A program made the translations under genes and the position numbers. Source: Camelus ferus (lineage: Eukaryota). Taken from it: a stretch of DNA of 64,000 bases. Below are positions 1 to 12,829 of this stretch, in pieces. The first letter of the stretch is position 1. The number at the start of each line of letters is the position of its first letter. The DNA lies in contig NC_045697.1 in the NCBI RefSeq assembly GCF_009834535.1, forward strand, positions 37,574,001 through 37,638,000, in the 5' to 3' direction. Below the pieces are notes generated by a model that saw only the letters and a program-made list of their open reading frames with translations, was not told the origin of the DNA and searched no databases.

Positions 1-944
1 CCCAAATGAGAACAAATCCTACCTGCTCTGTTGTGGAAATGTTTTGAAAGCTGTAACAGTACTATGGAATTGTAATGCATGTAATAACATAAGGTATTAT
101 TGTAAAAGGAAAGAAAACATTGTTACTTTAAAAGCTGTTTGCAGTTTACACTCGCTGGCCCAGAAGGAAGGCAAAATTCTTCTTAAAAAGAAACTAGTTC
201 TTTGGTTTGGGAGGAGGGGACCCTAAATAAGTAGGTATGATTATAAGAAAGAAAGGAATTCAATGAAAGTTGGAATTCAAAACAGGAGGTGCCCCTGACA
301 ATGTGAGACCCCCTGGGAGGCTCTGGCAGTCTTGGAGAAGGTGTGGTTTTTCCACAATACACAAGACAGAGCCGCGTGCAATTTAATGTGTACGTTCAAA
401 GGAAGCGTGTCTCTAAAGAGCTGGAAGGCCTGGAGGGACACAGGCAGGAAATACACAGATCGCACAATGTATACAGGACTGAACGCTGACCCCAGAATAA
501 AGCTTGGACTTGAGTCTGGGGGCAGAATGAAGGTATCAGGTAAATTATTATAGGAACACTCAAGGAAAATGCTCTTTCCCAAAGCACAGAGGTTTATCAT
601 AAGTGATTTCTCACTACCCCTCATTTCATTTATTCATATTAATTCTTAAACAAATTTATTAAACAATCTTGTTAATCTCTTTTTAACTGAAGAGACACAA
701 AAGAAGTATGTTATTTACTAATCAAGGAACCGAGTCAACAGTAAGCTAAAATACCCCATAACTATGTTGTTTTAATAAACTCTTGTCATTCCTTGGCTAG
801 TCTCCATTTTTTTCTTTTTCTTTTCTTAGTATGATTTTTTTAAAAAACAGAAAACTAAGAATCCAGAGCAGTTCAGAAAAGAAGACACTTGTAATCCCAG
901 CTTCAGCATTTTGCCCACGGGTGTGTCTGTGTCTCCTTTATTTC

Positions 945-1200
945 AGTGTTTGACAAGCCACAGGACAACATCTAAGCTGCTAGGTGCAGCCTTCAAGGTC
1001 CTTCATGATCTGCCTTCTGACTGTCTCTCCAATCTCACCTCCCACCCAATCCTTACCCTCCTACAATGTCCACCAGTAACACGAAGCTGCCTGAGTTCCA
1101 GAATTCACCCTGCTGTTTCAGACACCTCTGCCTATAATGCACCACCTACCTCATCCTTACGAACCCAGCTCTAAGTCACCTCCACCAGGAAGCATCCTCC
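945..1200 (+). mobile_element. L2 LINE fragment
   Basis: 'ttcaaggtccttcatgatctgccttctgactgtctctccaatctcacctcc' and 'acccagctctaagtcacctccaccaggaagc' resemble the L2 3' region; boundaries approximate. Confidence 0.65.
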
Positions 1201-1282
1201 ACCCCCATCATCCCTTCTGTCCTGGCATCTGTTTCCACAACTACATTACCTAAGCGTGTGGGCTGCCTAAACCACCGCTCAC

Positions 1283-1460
1283 CAGCTGTGTTACCATGAA
1301 CCAGTTATTTAACTCTTCTATCCCTCAGATTTCTCATTTGTAAAATGAGGACAATAACAGCACCCATGATGTAGGGTTTTTGTGAGGATTAAATGGGTCC
1401 ATCCTTGTAAGCATTTAGGACAGTACCTGGCACATAGTACATGCTCAATAAATCTTATTT
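1283..1460 (+). mobile_element. MIR SINE
   Basis: MIR core 'ctcagatttctcatttgtaaaatgagg...tgtgaggattaaatg...cctggcacatagtacatgctcaataaat'. Confidence 0.85.
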
Positions 1461-2229
1461 TTATCATGATTATTAATTTGATTATCTTTCCGTTTGCTTA
1501 TTTGATTCTGAGCTCCTTGGAATTAAGGACCACACAATCCCTAACACACAATAGAAACTGAAGACTATACATTTCCTGCTAATGAAAATCATGTGTGTGT
1601 ATATGTGTGTGTTTTTAAAAATTAGAACCTTCTGTAGCTCTAGATTCCTTAGTGAATTTCTTAACAATGCCCAGATGTTACAAACATGAACTAAATTTGA
1701 TTTTTTTATATTCCATGAGCATCTATTGATAATGATAATAAAATCCTATTTTTGTTTAAAAATAAGCTCCCAAACAGTACACTCACAACCCATGGAGAAG
1801 CAAACAGGGTACTCCTTATATTTTTCTTCATATAAACAAAACACCAAATTTAATTTGCATCTGCATCAAGTTTTTTTTTTTTTTTTTAAGATTTTCATTA
1901 AAGGCAGAATATGGCATTTGGGAAGGATAATTAAATACATCTGAAACCCAGGAGATAAAAAGAGATGAAAAATCTTGTAATAAAAACAGCCTAGTTGAAT
2001 CCCCTCCGCCTCCTTCTAAGTACAAAAATGACTGTTCTTGGAAGACAGAGCAAGCTTTTCATTTAGAGCCTAGCTGGAGGCTTCAAGTGTCCCTGGGAGT
2101 CTCCACTCCCTCTTGATCCATGAGGTAGGCATTGTCACAGAATTAGCGTTGACCCCTAGGAGCAAAGAAAGGCTCAGGAATACGTAACTTCCACCTTCAC
2201 TTTTTCCTCCCCTCCTTCACCTCACGTCT

Positions 2230-2353
2230 CTCTTAGAGAAACACTCTGGGTTTCCTCCCTCCCTTCCTTCCATCTTACTTTCCTTCCTCTCTTCCTCCTT
2301 CTCTTTCTCCTATTCTTCCTTTCCTCGTTTTTTTTTTGTTGTTTTTTTTTTTT
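2230..2353 (+). repeat. Polypyrimidine / poly-T low-complexity tract
   Basis: ~120 bp of CT-rich sequence ending in T runs. Confidence 0.85.
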
Positions 2354-2356
2354 CAG

Positions 2357-2486
2357 ACTGTATTTCTGAAGGAGAATGTTCCTGGAATATCTTGAACGAG
2401 TTAACGGAATGACCGCAATGCTTAGTGGAGGAGTGAAGCCCACCAACACCCCCAGGAGAGGATGCCGACCTCCTCCCCTGCCTCTG
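2357..2486 (+). other. Candidate spliced (probably non-coding) exon
   Basis: Acceptor (T)12CAG| ends at 2356 and donor CTG|GTGAGC starts at 2487; 130 nt; all three frames contain a stop. Confidence 0.35.
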
Positions 2487-2771
2487 GTGAGCTTCCTCCT
2501 CTGTTTGCACCTGTCTGCTCCCACCGCCGAGTCATCAATGTCTCTTCACAGGATCCTTCCTCTCTGTTGCCAAATAGGCTCAAATAGCTCCCCGATCTTT
2601 AAAAACAAAAGGTTCAACTGCTTTTTCTGCCTCTTCAAACTTCCATAGCAATTTTTCCTTCTTTTAGACCCACATTTCGGGACTACATCACATACTGCTA
2701 TTGTCTTCAGCTCTACCTGTTTAGTCCATCACGCCCTAAAATTCACTGCTCTACTGAAACATCTGTCTAGA

Positions 2772-2962
2772 ACAGCTGTTCTTAAATTTGGGTGGGGATT
2801 CAAAATCTCCTTGGAAATCTGGTGGAAGTTATAGACCATTATATCAGGAGAAAAAAATGTATTTTTTTACAATAGAATTTTGCATGAAACTTCAGGGATT
2901 AATAAACCTCCTGAAGCTTATCCAGGGAGCTCTTAAGGACCAAAGATTAAGACTCTGCTCTA
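2772..2962. mobile_element. hAT-Charlie non-autonomous MITE (subfamily uncertain)
   Basis: Ends 'cagctgttcttaa...' and '...ttaagactctg' are degenerate TIRs; internal 'gaaatctggtggaagttatagacc...aattttgcatg' resembles a Charlie-type MITE. Confidence 0.55.
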
Positions 2963-3699
2963 ACAAGTCACAGTAGCCTTTTAATCATCTTCCTTTCCAT
3001 TCTTGAAAGGTTTAGGGGAAGAGCAAGTACTCTGGGTTCAAAACAAGAAGTTGGATTCAAATCTTTCCACTTACTGACTGAATAACCTTGGCCAGGCTAT
3101 ACAGCGTCTCTGGTCATCCATCTCCTAATCTGTAAAATGAAGATGATGATATCCATCTCAGAATTTGCCGTGGGTATTCCATATAACAGTATGTAAAAAA
3201 CAGCTAAGATCACACTTCACACCTGTGAGGCACTCGATAAATAAAATTTTCCATCCCTCCTTCAGTAGCCAAGTTCCAGTGCTTTCTCCTAAGCCTTCTG
3301 AGTGTTCCTTCTTTGTTTCATTCACTGGTTCAGCTTTATCTTGCTGTCTTATTGGGTAAGGTGCTTCCCAAGACCCAGCCATGACTGGGGAGTACATCTG
3401 TGTCGTTTCTCCTGCAGACCTAACTCAGGTTCTACAACCTCCACGTGACCTTCCCCGGCCACCCCGACCCTCTCTGACTCCACAGTCCTTATTAACTAAC
3501 TCAGAGATTTCCACACTTTCTCTGTTCACAGCATCTTGTGTCTCCCAATTTTTTTTTGATGTCCGTTGGCCAAAAGAAACAGCTAATCATCTTCATCACT
3601 TAGTAGTTACCATGTCTTAACAAATCAGCAGCTACCTGAAAGAAACAGTGTGCACAAACGGAAAGAAAACTGCTCTTTGAAATTTTATTCTTATATAGC

Positions 3700-4005
3700 C
3701 ACAATGACTTACTACCAGATATACGTGCCTGTTGGGCACTGCACAACTCCTCAAACTTTGAAATGGATTTTTGTGTAGTACTGACATTTTTTTCATCACA
3801 GTACAGTTACTGTGAGAATCCAGCTTTGCCAAGATATAAGATCAGAGGAATGTAGCACGATCTAATGTTGAAACTATGAACAACTAGTAATTCACATGAC
3901 AAGCATCACTGTGTTTTGTTTTTTCAATTTAAAAAAATCCCATGGTGCCCCTGTGAATTCACTGCAGCAGTACCCTGGGGTGCCTCAAAGTACAGTTTAG
4001 GGATC
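3700..4005. mobile_element. hAT-Charlie DNA transposon fragment
   Basis: Terminal region 'ccctggggtgcctcaaagtacagtttaggga' resembles Charlie ends. Confidence 0.4.
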
Positions 4006-4014
4006 TTGAATATA

Positions 4015-4168
4015 ATCCCTGGCTGCTCAAAATTTGATCATGAGACTTTGGCATTGGCATTAAGAAGGAAGTTATTCCCACCACCTCCAACCTACTGAAT
4101 CAGAATGTGCATTTTAACAAGATGCCTAAGAGATTTGTGTGCATCTTAACAGTTTGAAAAGCACAGTT
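4015..4168. mobile_element. MER5-family hAT MITE
   Basis: 'acctactgaatcagaatgtgcattttaacaagatgcc...gatttgtgtgcatcttaacagtttgaaaagcac'. Confidence 0.75.
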
Positions 4169-5269
4169 ATAAACCATTATTAATGACCAGATCATATCCT
4201 GCTATTGTGAGATATCCTGTTATTAATATTTTAAAATTCTTGTGCTGTTATTTGGTCTTTTCTGCACAACTTTGCCAAGTGGATAGTTAACTAGATGCAG
4301 GGCAGAGATGTCATTCTGTTTTGTGATTCCCCCTAGTGTCCGGCATGGAGTACCTTGCCTGGCGTAAGGGGCTCGAATATCTGCTGAACGAATGCACCCA
4401 GTCTCTAGGGCTCACAGACATCCTAGGCAGAGTCACTTGTGGAAGAAAATTATTGACAAAGCCAGATTCCAAAAATACCAACAGCATTCTTAGCAGATAT
4501 AGAATGAATACGGCATTTTTAGGAGCCTGGGCTTGATAGCTTAGTTCTTTAAAAGTGGACATATCCCATTATTCGGGTCATGACAGGAAGAGAATTGTAC
4601 CTTACTATTCAGCTTGATAGGGGATGTAATTATGTTGTAGGGCTATGTAGCCCAAAACTACAGTGTCGTGACTATATAAAAATGAAGGTAGAGTGGAGGT
4701 TGTTAAGTTAGGTAGAGTGCGTTTCCTGAAAATATAATGCACTAAGTATTCCAAAATAATGCTGCCATTTATTAATTGCACTCACGAATCATCTGAATGC
4801 CAAAATCTGCATATGTGCAAAATGTCATGGAAATTGGATTCAGTTCTGTTTAAAACAGCTGTCTCCACTACAGACAAACTGAATGTACCAAGTTCTTGGG
4901 AACCAATCTGAAAGGGAAAGAAAGCAGAAAGGAATCGCTTTGTCAGAGGGTTCAGGTTTGTCTCAATGCCACCCGCTACTCTCTGCTTTTATTTTTCCTT
5001 CAGGAGTGTTTCTCCCACCGAATGTTCCAGTGACTCACTGAGACGAAGCATCCTGCTAGAGGGCCAGGTCACTCTGTGATCTCTCTGCAGCTGACACGAA
5101 TTGGACTCATAATCACAAACCACTCTTCTCACCCCCTCAGCCCCACAGATGCGAGAGGGGAGGGAGGGGAACTCAACTAGAAGCAGAGAATCTTGGAATC
5201 TTCATTGACCAGTAGGTCATCGAGGCATAAACAGCCACTCCTTAGCAATCGCTCTTGACTCGAGCTGTG

Positions 5270-6000
5270 TAACAGGTCCCACCACCTCCCACTGCTACTA
5301 TCTCTCAGCTGGATTACTGCAGCAGGTGCTCACCTAGTGTCCTGGTTTCACTCTTACCCATTAATACAGCCCATCTCCACCCAGCACCCTGACAAATCTT
5401 TAAAAACAAAACAAGACAAAAAAAGACTCCCTTGCTCCAAACTGTTCTGTCCAATGGGTCAAAATTGCTCACGACTACTCAAATAAAATTCAACCCCCTT
5501 CCATAGCCAGCCAGAACTTACAGGATCTGGCCACTGTCCACCCTTCAGACCTCATTTCATATCACTTTCCACTCCATTCACTACACTCCAGCCATGCTCA
5601 CCTCCTTATCCCTGGAATACATCCAGCTCCTTCGCTATTCGGGGCCTTGATCTTGCTATACTTGCGGTCCAGAATGCTCTTAACCTAGATCTTTCTTGAC
5701 TCAAGTCTCAGCAAAGAAGGAACCTCATCAGAGAAGTCTGCCTGACTTCTTACCCCTGACTGCCTTCCCCACCCTATATGAAGAGTTGCTCCTAACAAAG
5801 ACTTTAGGATCTTTCTCTCTATACCATTATCCCATTTCATTTTCTTAAACACCTGATCTGAATGCATCCTATTTGTTAATTACTATGCCAGTTTCATAAA
5901 GTGTGTTCCCCCATAAGAATAAATGCTCAGTGGGATCAGGGATCTTATATGTTCTATTCACTCCCACATTCCTTGAGCACAGCTGGGCATAATAGGCATA
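5270..6000 (+). mobile_element. L2 LINE 3' fragment
   Basis: 'ctggattactgcagc', 'aggatctggccactgtccacccttcagacctcat', 'ctacactccagccatgct' and the 3' end 'agcacagctgggcataataggc'. Confidence 0.75.
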
Positions 6001-7144
6001 TGACTGTAAAGGCTTTAGAAATGATTTATTCCTGCTCTTTTGATTTCCTAGAATGACTGAGATCCAGAAGAGTGATGGGTTTGTGCTGCATCAGAGTAAC
6101 CAGTTAATAATGAAGCCAAGGCTAGGACTCAGTCTGGGAGTTTCTGGTTCACCGCTATTTCTGTTACACCTCCTAGCTTTCATTCAAAGGAAAAGCCATC
6201 TCATCTCGAGTGGCTTAAAAAAAAAATCGTTCAAAAGAAGTTCAGATGATTCTGATTCAGGCATGCCCTGTCTTTGGGTATGAAAAATGCTCTGCGAAGT
6301 TCATCATCCAAACCCTTCCTGCAAAGACTTCACCAAACTTCCTTAGGGTATTCACATACAAGTTAGTTTCGACTTCAAGATAGGATTTTTTTCCCCCAAG
6401 TTTCTTCTTCCATTATTAAAGTAAATCTGTTGATGAAATTAACATATCAGATGGAACAACAAAACTCGAAATAACTTAGATCTTTGAAGATAATTTATTC
6501 ATTAAATTAGAACTTTTAAATATAGGCAAAAGAGAAAATAACTATTATTAAAATGTTCCAACCAAATTGCTGCTTATCTTACACTATGCTAATTAGTATC
6601 AGCACCCGAAATTCACTCTCCCACAACCATCAGAGAAAATTGGAGATTATAGAAAGGCAGTGGGAGGAGGGTGATGGGGGCGCTACTAGTTATTAGAAAG
6701 GCTGAATAAAAACCATTAAGATTTGAGTTCAAATTCCATCCTTGGGGTTTGTGCCCAGATTATTAATACTTCGTCCTTCTTCCTGCCACCCTGAGGACAA
6801 CCCTTTAATATGTGCATGTTAGGTTTCTCACAAGATTAAATCCCCTTCAATCCACTTTCTGCACAGCAGACAGAATGACCCTAATAAAGCAGAAAATACA
6901 CTAGGTCACGTTCCCACTTAAACTCTTCAGAATCTTATTGCCCTTAGAGAGAAAAATGCAAACTCCTGAGCAGGAACGACCGGTCCCATCGCAGTCTTAC
7001 CCTTGCTCCCATCTCAGCTTCATCTTTCCCCTGCCCAGCCACATGGGACTGTATTCAGCATTTTACCTGAGAGACTTTACAATGCTAACCCTCAGCTGGA
7101 TGCATACTTTTCTTTAAATGTTGGAAGTTTAATATAATATCATA

Positions 7145-7717
7145 TGCAATGGACTGACTTGTGTACTGCCAAAATTCATATGTTGAAGCTCTAATCTCCA
7201 ATGTAATTGTATATGCAGATAGGGCCCTTAGGAGGCAATTAAAGTTAAATGAAGGGGGAGGGTATAGCTCAGTGGTAGAGTGCGTGCCTAGCATGCAAGA
7301 AGTCGTGGGTTCAATCCCTGGTACCTCCACCAAAAGTAATAAACAAATAGAGAAACCTAATTACCTACCTCCCCCCACCACCAAAAATTAAAAATAAAAT
7401 TAAAAAAAAAGTTAAACGAGGTCATAAGTGTGAAGCCCTAGTCAGATGGGATTAGTGTCCTCATAAGAAGAGAAACCCAATGGCTCTCTCTCTCTCTCTC
7501 TCCTTCTCCGTGTGTGCACAGGTAGGTGGTCACCAAGCACACAGCCAGATAGATGGTGGCCGCCTGCCAGCCAGGAGAAGAAGCTTCAGAATCAAGCCTA
7601 CCTGGCTGGCACCCTGTTCTTAGACATCCAGTCTTCAGAACTGTGAGAGAACATTTCTGTTGTTCAAGCCTCCCCATCTATGGTATTTTGTTACGGCAGC
7701 CTGAGTTGCCTAATACA
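7145..7717 (+). mobile_element. MaLR solo LTR (MLT1A/B-like), interrupted by a SINE
   Basis: TG...CA termini; 'aattcatatgttgaagctctaatctccaatgt', 'ccagtcttcagaactgtgagagaac', 'tggtattttgttacggcagcctgag'; flanks tcata/ttata are a 5-bp TSD with one mismatch. Confidence 0.85.
7253..7410 (+). mobile_element. tRNA-Ala-derived camelid SINE (Vic-1 type), long-tail form
   Basis: Head 'ggggagggtatagctcagtggtagagtgcgtgcctagcatgcaagaagtcgtgggttcaatccctggtacctccacca' has A and B boxes; A-rich tail; TSD aaagttaaatga (7241-7252) / aaagttaaacga (7408-7419). Confidence 0.9.
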
Positions 7718-7764
7718 TTATACCTAATTTTTTTTTAAAAATGACAACAACGTAATGTATTTTG

Positions 7765-7930
7765 TGTGTTTCAGGCATTGTGCTAACCATTTTACATGAA
7801 ATACTTCACATGATCTTCAGGATGACCCATACTACAACTATTATTATCTCCATTTTACAAATAAAATTAAGTATCTTTCAGAAACGACAAACCTGAAGTC
7901 AGCAGGGTTAAGTAACATACACAAGTCACA
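7765..7930 (-). mobile_element. MIR SINE fragment
   Basis: 'caggcattgtgctaaccattttacatg...tattatctccattttacaaat' is the reverse MIR core. Confidence 0.7.
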
Positions 7931-9219
7931 CACACACGGTGCACTGAGGAGCAAGAACTGTGACTTGGTCCTGTCTGGCCGCATGTCCTTTGCGCCTAAT
8001 TGCTACGTGTCCCAGTGCCTGCCCAAAGAAGATTAAAGCCCTAGCGTCCTCTGAGGAACTGCTAAAGGACCTTGGGATGTTTTGCCTAAAAATACGTGGT
8101 AGCTGCCTCAAGTATCTAAAGGACAGAAGGAGGGAGGAATTCATCTGGAAGAGGGACTAGATTTCTTTTCCAAGGACTTAAGCAAGGCCATGTGAATCAA
8201 TAGCAGGAAGTTTCTTCAAATGGCTTTCAGCTTAGAACAACAAGAACTTTCTAACGGTTCATAGATGAAACTGGCTGTCTGGAGACCCAGGTCTCTCTTC
8301 GTAGGTGGGTTCAAGAAGGAACTGGAAACTAATTCAAGGACACGATGGAGATAATCAGACAGCAGATGGTGGCTGAACCACATGACCTCTGAGGTTCCAT
8401 CCAGCTCTGGGAATAAATGAACCTTGGTTTTCTCAATGGGTGGACACTTCGTGACCTTATTGTTGGTATAACCATTTGAGTTGGCAAAACACACGGTTCT
8501 AAACCAGCCAGACCTGCTTGGTGAAGATGTGGCTGCATTCTTCCTGCCACTTTTTTATAGCCAGGCTTCTTTTCACTGAATGCCTGAGGAGAGGTACAGT
8601 GAAGGTTCCATTCTTGTTCGGGAATAAGTAATTGCTCTTGTGAGTTGGTAAAGGTCATCCCAGATCTCCACCCTCACTTTATCCTCTTCCCCTGCCCTCT
8701 AAAGCCCGAACTGGGCTGGTGAGCTACAACAGGGCTCCGGGAGAGAAGTTAAACTCTCTAGCTTCCATCTTTCATAAGCAAAATCATAAGTATATCACTT
8801 TATAAAAGGAAGCTTTATATTTTATAAAAGGAAGTTTTGGTTTGAAAGCTAGAAGAGGGAAAGCAAACAAATATTTCTAGCTTGCTGTAGTTCACTTTGC
8901 CAAGTTGGCAACACATTTATTCTTTTTCTGAAATTGTTTTACTTTTCACTGTTTTTTTTTGTCCCCATATTTAACTGTACAAACCATCAAGCTCTTGTTC
9001 TCCCAATGTACCTCAGTAACATGATGCTTTCTGGACATTTTAGACTGACCAGCACATTTCTGAATAAATTTTAATTCAGCCAATTTACGTTTTGCTTTAA
9101 AGCAATAAATAAATGTCTTGAGTGCCTACTCTGTGCCAGGGTCTATGCTAGACTTTGGGACACATAAAAATGAACATACCCTGGCCTCCACCCTGGAGGA
9201 AAGCCTCCCAGAACATTTT

Positions 9220-9570
9220 GGGAGGCAAATCACAAAAATCAAACTTGAATTAGCTGAGGCAAAAGGGAGATTTCATTGACTCACATATCCAAACCACAGA
9301 AATGGCTGAGACGACATGAAACAGCCTTGAGTGCTTTCCAGATGTTTCTTCTCATCTCTTATCTCAGCTTGATTTCTCTTTTGGCAACTCCCTGTGAAAC
9401 TGACACCGTAACAACCAAGAACTCTAGGTTCCACCTTCCCTAATTTGCCACTGAAGAGAAAAAAGCTTTTCCACACAGTTGCATGTTCGAAAGTCCTTGG
9501 AAAGAACTTGATTGGCCCAGTGTATGTCATACACTGCCAGACACTGTGGCTACAGGAGCAGGGCCAGCAA
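9220..9570 (-). mobile_element. Old MaLR LTR fragment (MLT1J/L-like)
   Basis: 'aaacttgaattagctgaggcaaaagggagatttcattgactcacat' and 'gaacttgattggcccag' resemble reverse MLT1J-type LTRs. Confidence 0.5.
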
Positions 9571-9586
9571 TCTTGACCAAAAAAAT

Positions 9587-9660
9587 GATTTATTAAGGTA
9601 TAATTGATATGCAAAGAACTGCACATATTTAATATGTACAATTTGATGAGTCTGGACATC
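9587..9660 (-). mobile_element. L1 3' end fragment
   Basis: 'tttattaaggtataattgatatgcaaagaactgcacatatttaatatgtacaatttgatgagt'. Confidence 0.75.
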
Positions 9661-10289
9661 AGCTTAAATCTAATATTACAACAGAGGAGAGAGAGAGGAA
9701 CAGTCTCCGAAGACGAAGGGGGTGCTATTCCTTGAATAAAAAATGGCTTCTGTGCAGACAAAAGACCACAAATCCACCTCAAGTTGCTTACTAGCTTGTA
9801 GGGAAGACAGATATGCAAACAAATAATAATAATTCAACGTCATATGTGCTTTAATGGAAGTACATTTAAGAGTAAGGCTGAGGGTCATCAAAGCATGAGA
9901 AAGCAATTAATTCTTCCCAGAGGTTTAGGAAGTGCTAAGTTCATGGAGGAATGAGAAGAGATGGGAAAATTGGCTGAAATCGGGTTTTAATAGAACTTGT
10001 GTACTAAGTTGAAGAGTTTAGACACAATTCAGTGGGCTGCAGGATAGGACTTAAGAATTTTCTGCCAGGAAGTGGCATAGCACCACTTAGACCCAGACAA
10101 GAGGGCCCTCCACTGGGACCCACCCTTTAGGAGACCCAGCTCCAGCCCTCTTACAGATACATCAGTTCCCACAGGGCCAACATGATGTGTGCACCCCCAG
10201 CCAGTGTTATTCTCCACTTCCAGATCACAATCAGAGTGCTTGAGAACTGAAATTCTCTGCTCAAAGAATTCCAAGCCTGACTTTAGGGG

Positions 10290-11747
10290 AATAATCAAAA
10301 CAATCTTGAAAAAAAGAACAAAGAGGAGTCACATTTCTCAACTTAAAAATTTACTACAAAGCAGTGGTAATCAAGAGTGTGGTACTGGTGTAAGGATGGA
10401 CATGCAGATCAGTAGAACAGAATTGCAAGCCCAGAAATAAACCATGTGTCTATGGTCAACTGACCTTCAACAAGGGTCCAAAAATCATCCAATGGGAAAA
10501 GAATAATTCTTTTCAACAAATGATGCCGGAAAAACTAGATATCTACATGCAAAAGAATGAAGTTGAAACCTTACCTCACATCATATACAAAATTAATTCA
10601 AAATGCATCAAAGACCTAAATATAAGAGCTGCTAAACTGTAAAACTCTTAGAAGAAGATATTGGGATAAATCTTTATGATCTCAGATCTGGCAATGGAGT
10701 CATAAATGAGACACTGAGAGCATGAGCCACAAAAGAAAAGATAGATAAAGAGATAAATTAGACTTTCATCAAATTAAAATATTTGTGCTTCAAATGACAT
10801 TATCAAGAAAGTTGAAAAGAATGAGAATAAATATTTGCAAGTATCTGATAAGAAACATATCTATATATATAAAGAGCTACTCAACAGAAAAAAGATCAAT
10901 AACCCAATTTAAAAATGGGAAAATGAACTGAATAAACATTTCTCCAAATAAGACAGATATAAAAATAGCCAGTAAATATATGAAGATGTTTGACATTATT
11001 AGTCATTAGGGAAATACAAATCTACAATGAAATATCACTTCACAGCCCCTAGGAAGGCTAGCATTAAAAAGTCAGATAATAACAAGTACTGACGAGTATG
11101 TAGAGAGACCAGAACCCTCATACACTCCTGATGGCAATCTAAGTGGGGCAGCCACTTTGGGAAACCGTTGGATAGTTCCTCAAGTGGTTAAACATAGAGT
11201 TATTACAAGACCCTCTCCTAGGTATACACATAAGAGAAAGAAAACATGTCTGCATATAAACATGTACAAGAATGTTTGCAGTCAAAAGGTGAAAACATCC
11301 CAGAGGTCCATCAACTGATAAATAAATAAACAAACTGTGACTTGCCATTATACAATGGAATATTATTCAGCCATAAAGGAACGGAGTGTAGATCCATGCT
11401 ACAACATATATGAAACTTGAAAAACTTCTGCTAAGAGAAAGAAGCTTGACACAAAAGACAACCTAGTATGTGACTCCATTTAGATGGCACGCCCTAATCT
11501 AGGAAGACAGAAAGTAAATTAGTGGTTGCTTAGGGCTGGGGAAGACGGAAGGAGGAAGGACAAAGAGGTGATAGCTTAAGTGTATAGGGTTTCTTTTCAA
11601 GGTGATGGAATGCTCCAAAATCAACTGTGCTGATTGAAGGTTGCATGTATCTGTCAAAATACTAAAAACCACTGAATTGTACACTTCAAATGAGTGAAAT
11701 GTATAGTATGTGAATTCTCTCTCAATAAAGTTGTTAATTTTTTAAAG
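10290..11747 (+). mobile_element. L1MB-type LINE-1: decayed ORF2 C-terminus and 3' UTR
   Basis: 'aaaacaatcttgaaaaaaagaacaaag...tactacaaagcagtggtaatcaagagtgtggtactgg...ttttcaacaaatgatgc...'; ends 'tgtgaattctctctcaataaag'; many stops and frameshifts. Confidence 0.9.
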
Positions 11748-12293
11748 GCAGTTTGAAATGAGGAGGAACTAAGCAAGCAAGAAAATAAACAAACAAAGAA
11801 ATACAGTGGACACATATTTAAAACAAAACATGCAGATTCCCTTTGGGGAAAAGAATTGCCAGAGATGTTAAGTTATTCTGCAACTGAATATACAAATAAC
11901 ATTTAGGAATCAAAATTCTTAACTGCTTGAAAGCTTAAAAACGAAAGGCATTCTCTCCACTCTAGATGTGAAAAATTTCCGGCTCTGCCCAGACCTACTG
12001 AATCAGGAGATAATTAATCCCTCTTCCCTGACCTCACATCTCCTGTGGAAATAATCTTCCAGTGTAAGACTCCTGACCTCTCCCACCCCCTCCCCCAACT
12101 CAGCAGCAACTTACCTGATCAGTGACTTTGAAAATGAAACTGAGCCTGCGCTCTAGTGCAGCTGGGCCTGCCCACAGAGAGGCGTTTTCTAAGTTTCCTG
12201 TGCCAGTCTTTGTCCCTGCAAGCGGTCAGATGATGACTTGGAGTGAAGTTCAATTCAGAGGAGAGGGTATTAGAGACCCAGGTGGTGGCACAC

Positions 12294-12829
12294 TGTGGTG
12301 GTTTTAAAACATGTCTGCAAATTTTTGGCATTCTTCCCATCCAGAGGTGGAGTCTGTGTCCTTTCCTTTTGAAGCTAGCTGGGACTTTGTGGCTGCCTTC
12401 ATAAATAGAACACTGCAGAAGTGGTGCAGTCTGGCTCCTGAGGCTGTGTTAAAAAGCCACATGGCTTCTGTTAGCTTCTCTTGGAGTAAGCACTTTGGGA
12501 CCCTTCAGTCACCGTGAAAGATGTCCAGGGACACTGAGGTCACCATATGGAGAGAGCATATGCGACGAGGGGAGAGAGGCTGTTCCAACCCAGCTGTTGG
12601 AGTCTTTCCAGCCCAGGTGCTAGACATGGGATCGAGTGCACCCCTCCACCCTTGCCACCATTTGACGGCAACCACACAAGAGACCCGAAGGAAACTCACC
12701 TAGGTGAGCCCAGCCAATTCTCACCGTGAGCAAATAAATGACTGGTGTTATTTGTAGGCACTGATTTAGGGTGGTTTATTATAAACCAAAAACAAAACAA
12801 AACAAAAAACCCCCAAAAGCTGGAATACA
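12294..12829 (+). mobile_element. MaLR solo LTR (MLT1F/H-like)
   Basis: Starts 'tgtggtggttttaaaacatg' with 'agaggtggagtctgtgtcctttccttttgaagct'; ends 'agctggaataca'; flanks cacac/catat. Confidence 0.8.

Noticed and set aside
2222..2524. Lys/Arg-rich ORF resembling a protamine or NLS-rich protein
   Set aside because: The composition is just the translation of the polypyrimidine/poly-T tract on the opposite strand.
4636..4662. Small inverted repeat gggcta-tg-tagccc
   Set aside because: A 6-bp stem is expected by chance in 64 kb.
7256..7332. tRNA-Ala(AGC) gene
   Set aside because: It has an encoded CCA, an A-rich tail, a TSD, stem mismatches and three related copies in the window, so it is a tRNA-derived SINE.
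9273..9818. 181-aa ORF
   Set aside because: It runs across an L1 3' fragment and an old MaLR LTR; a chance open frame.
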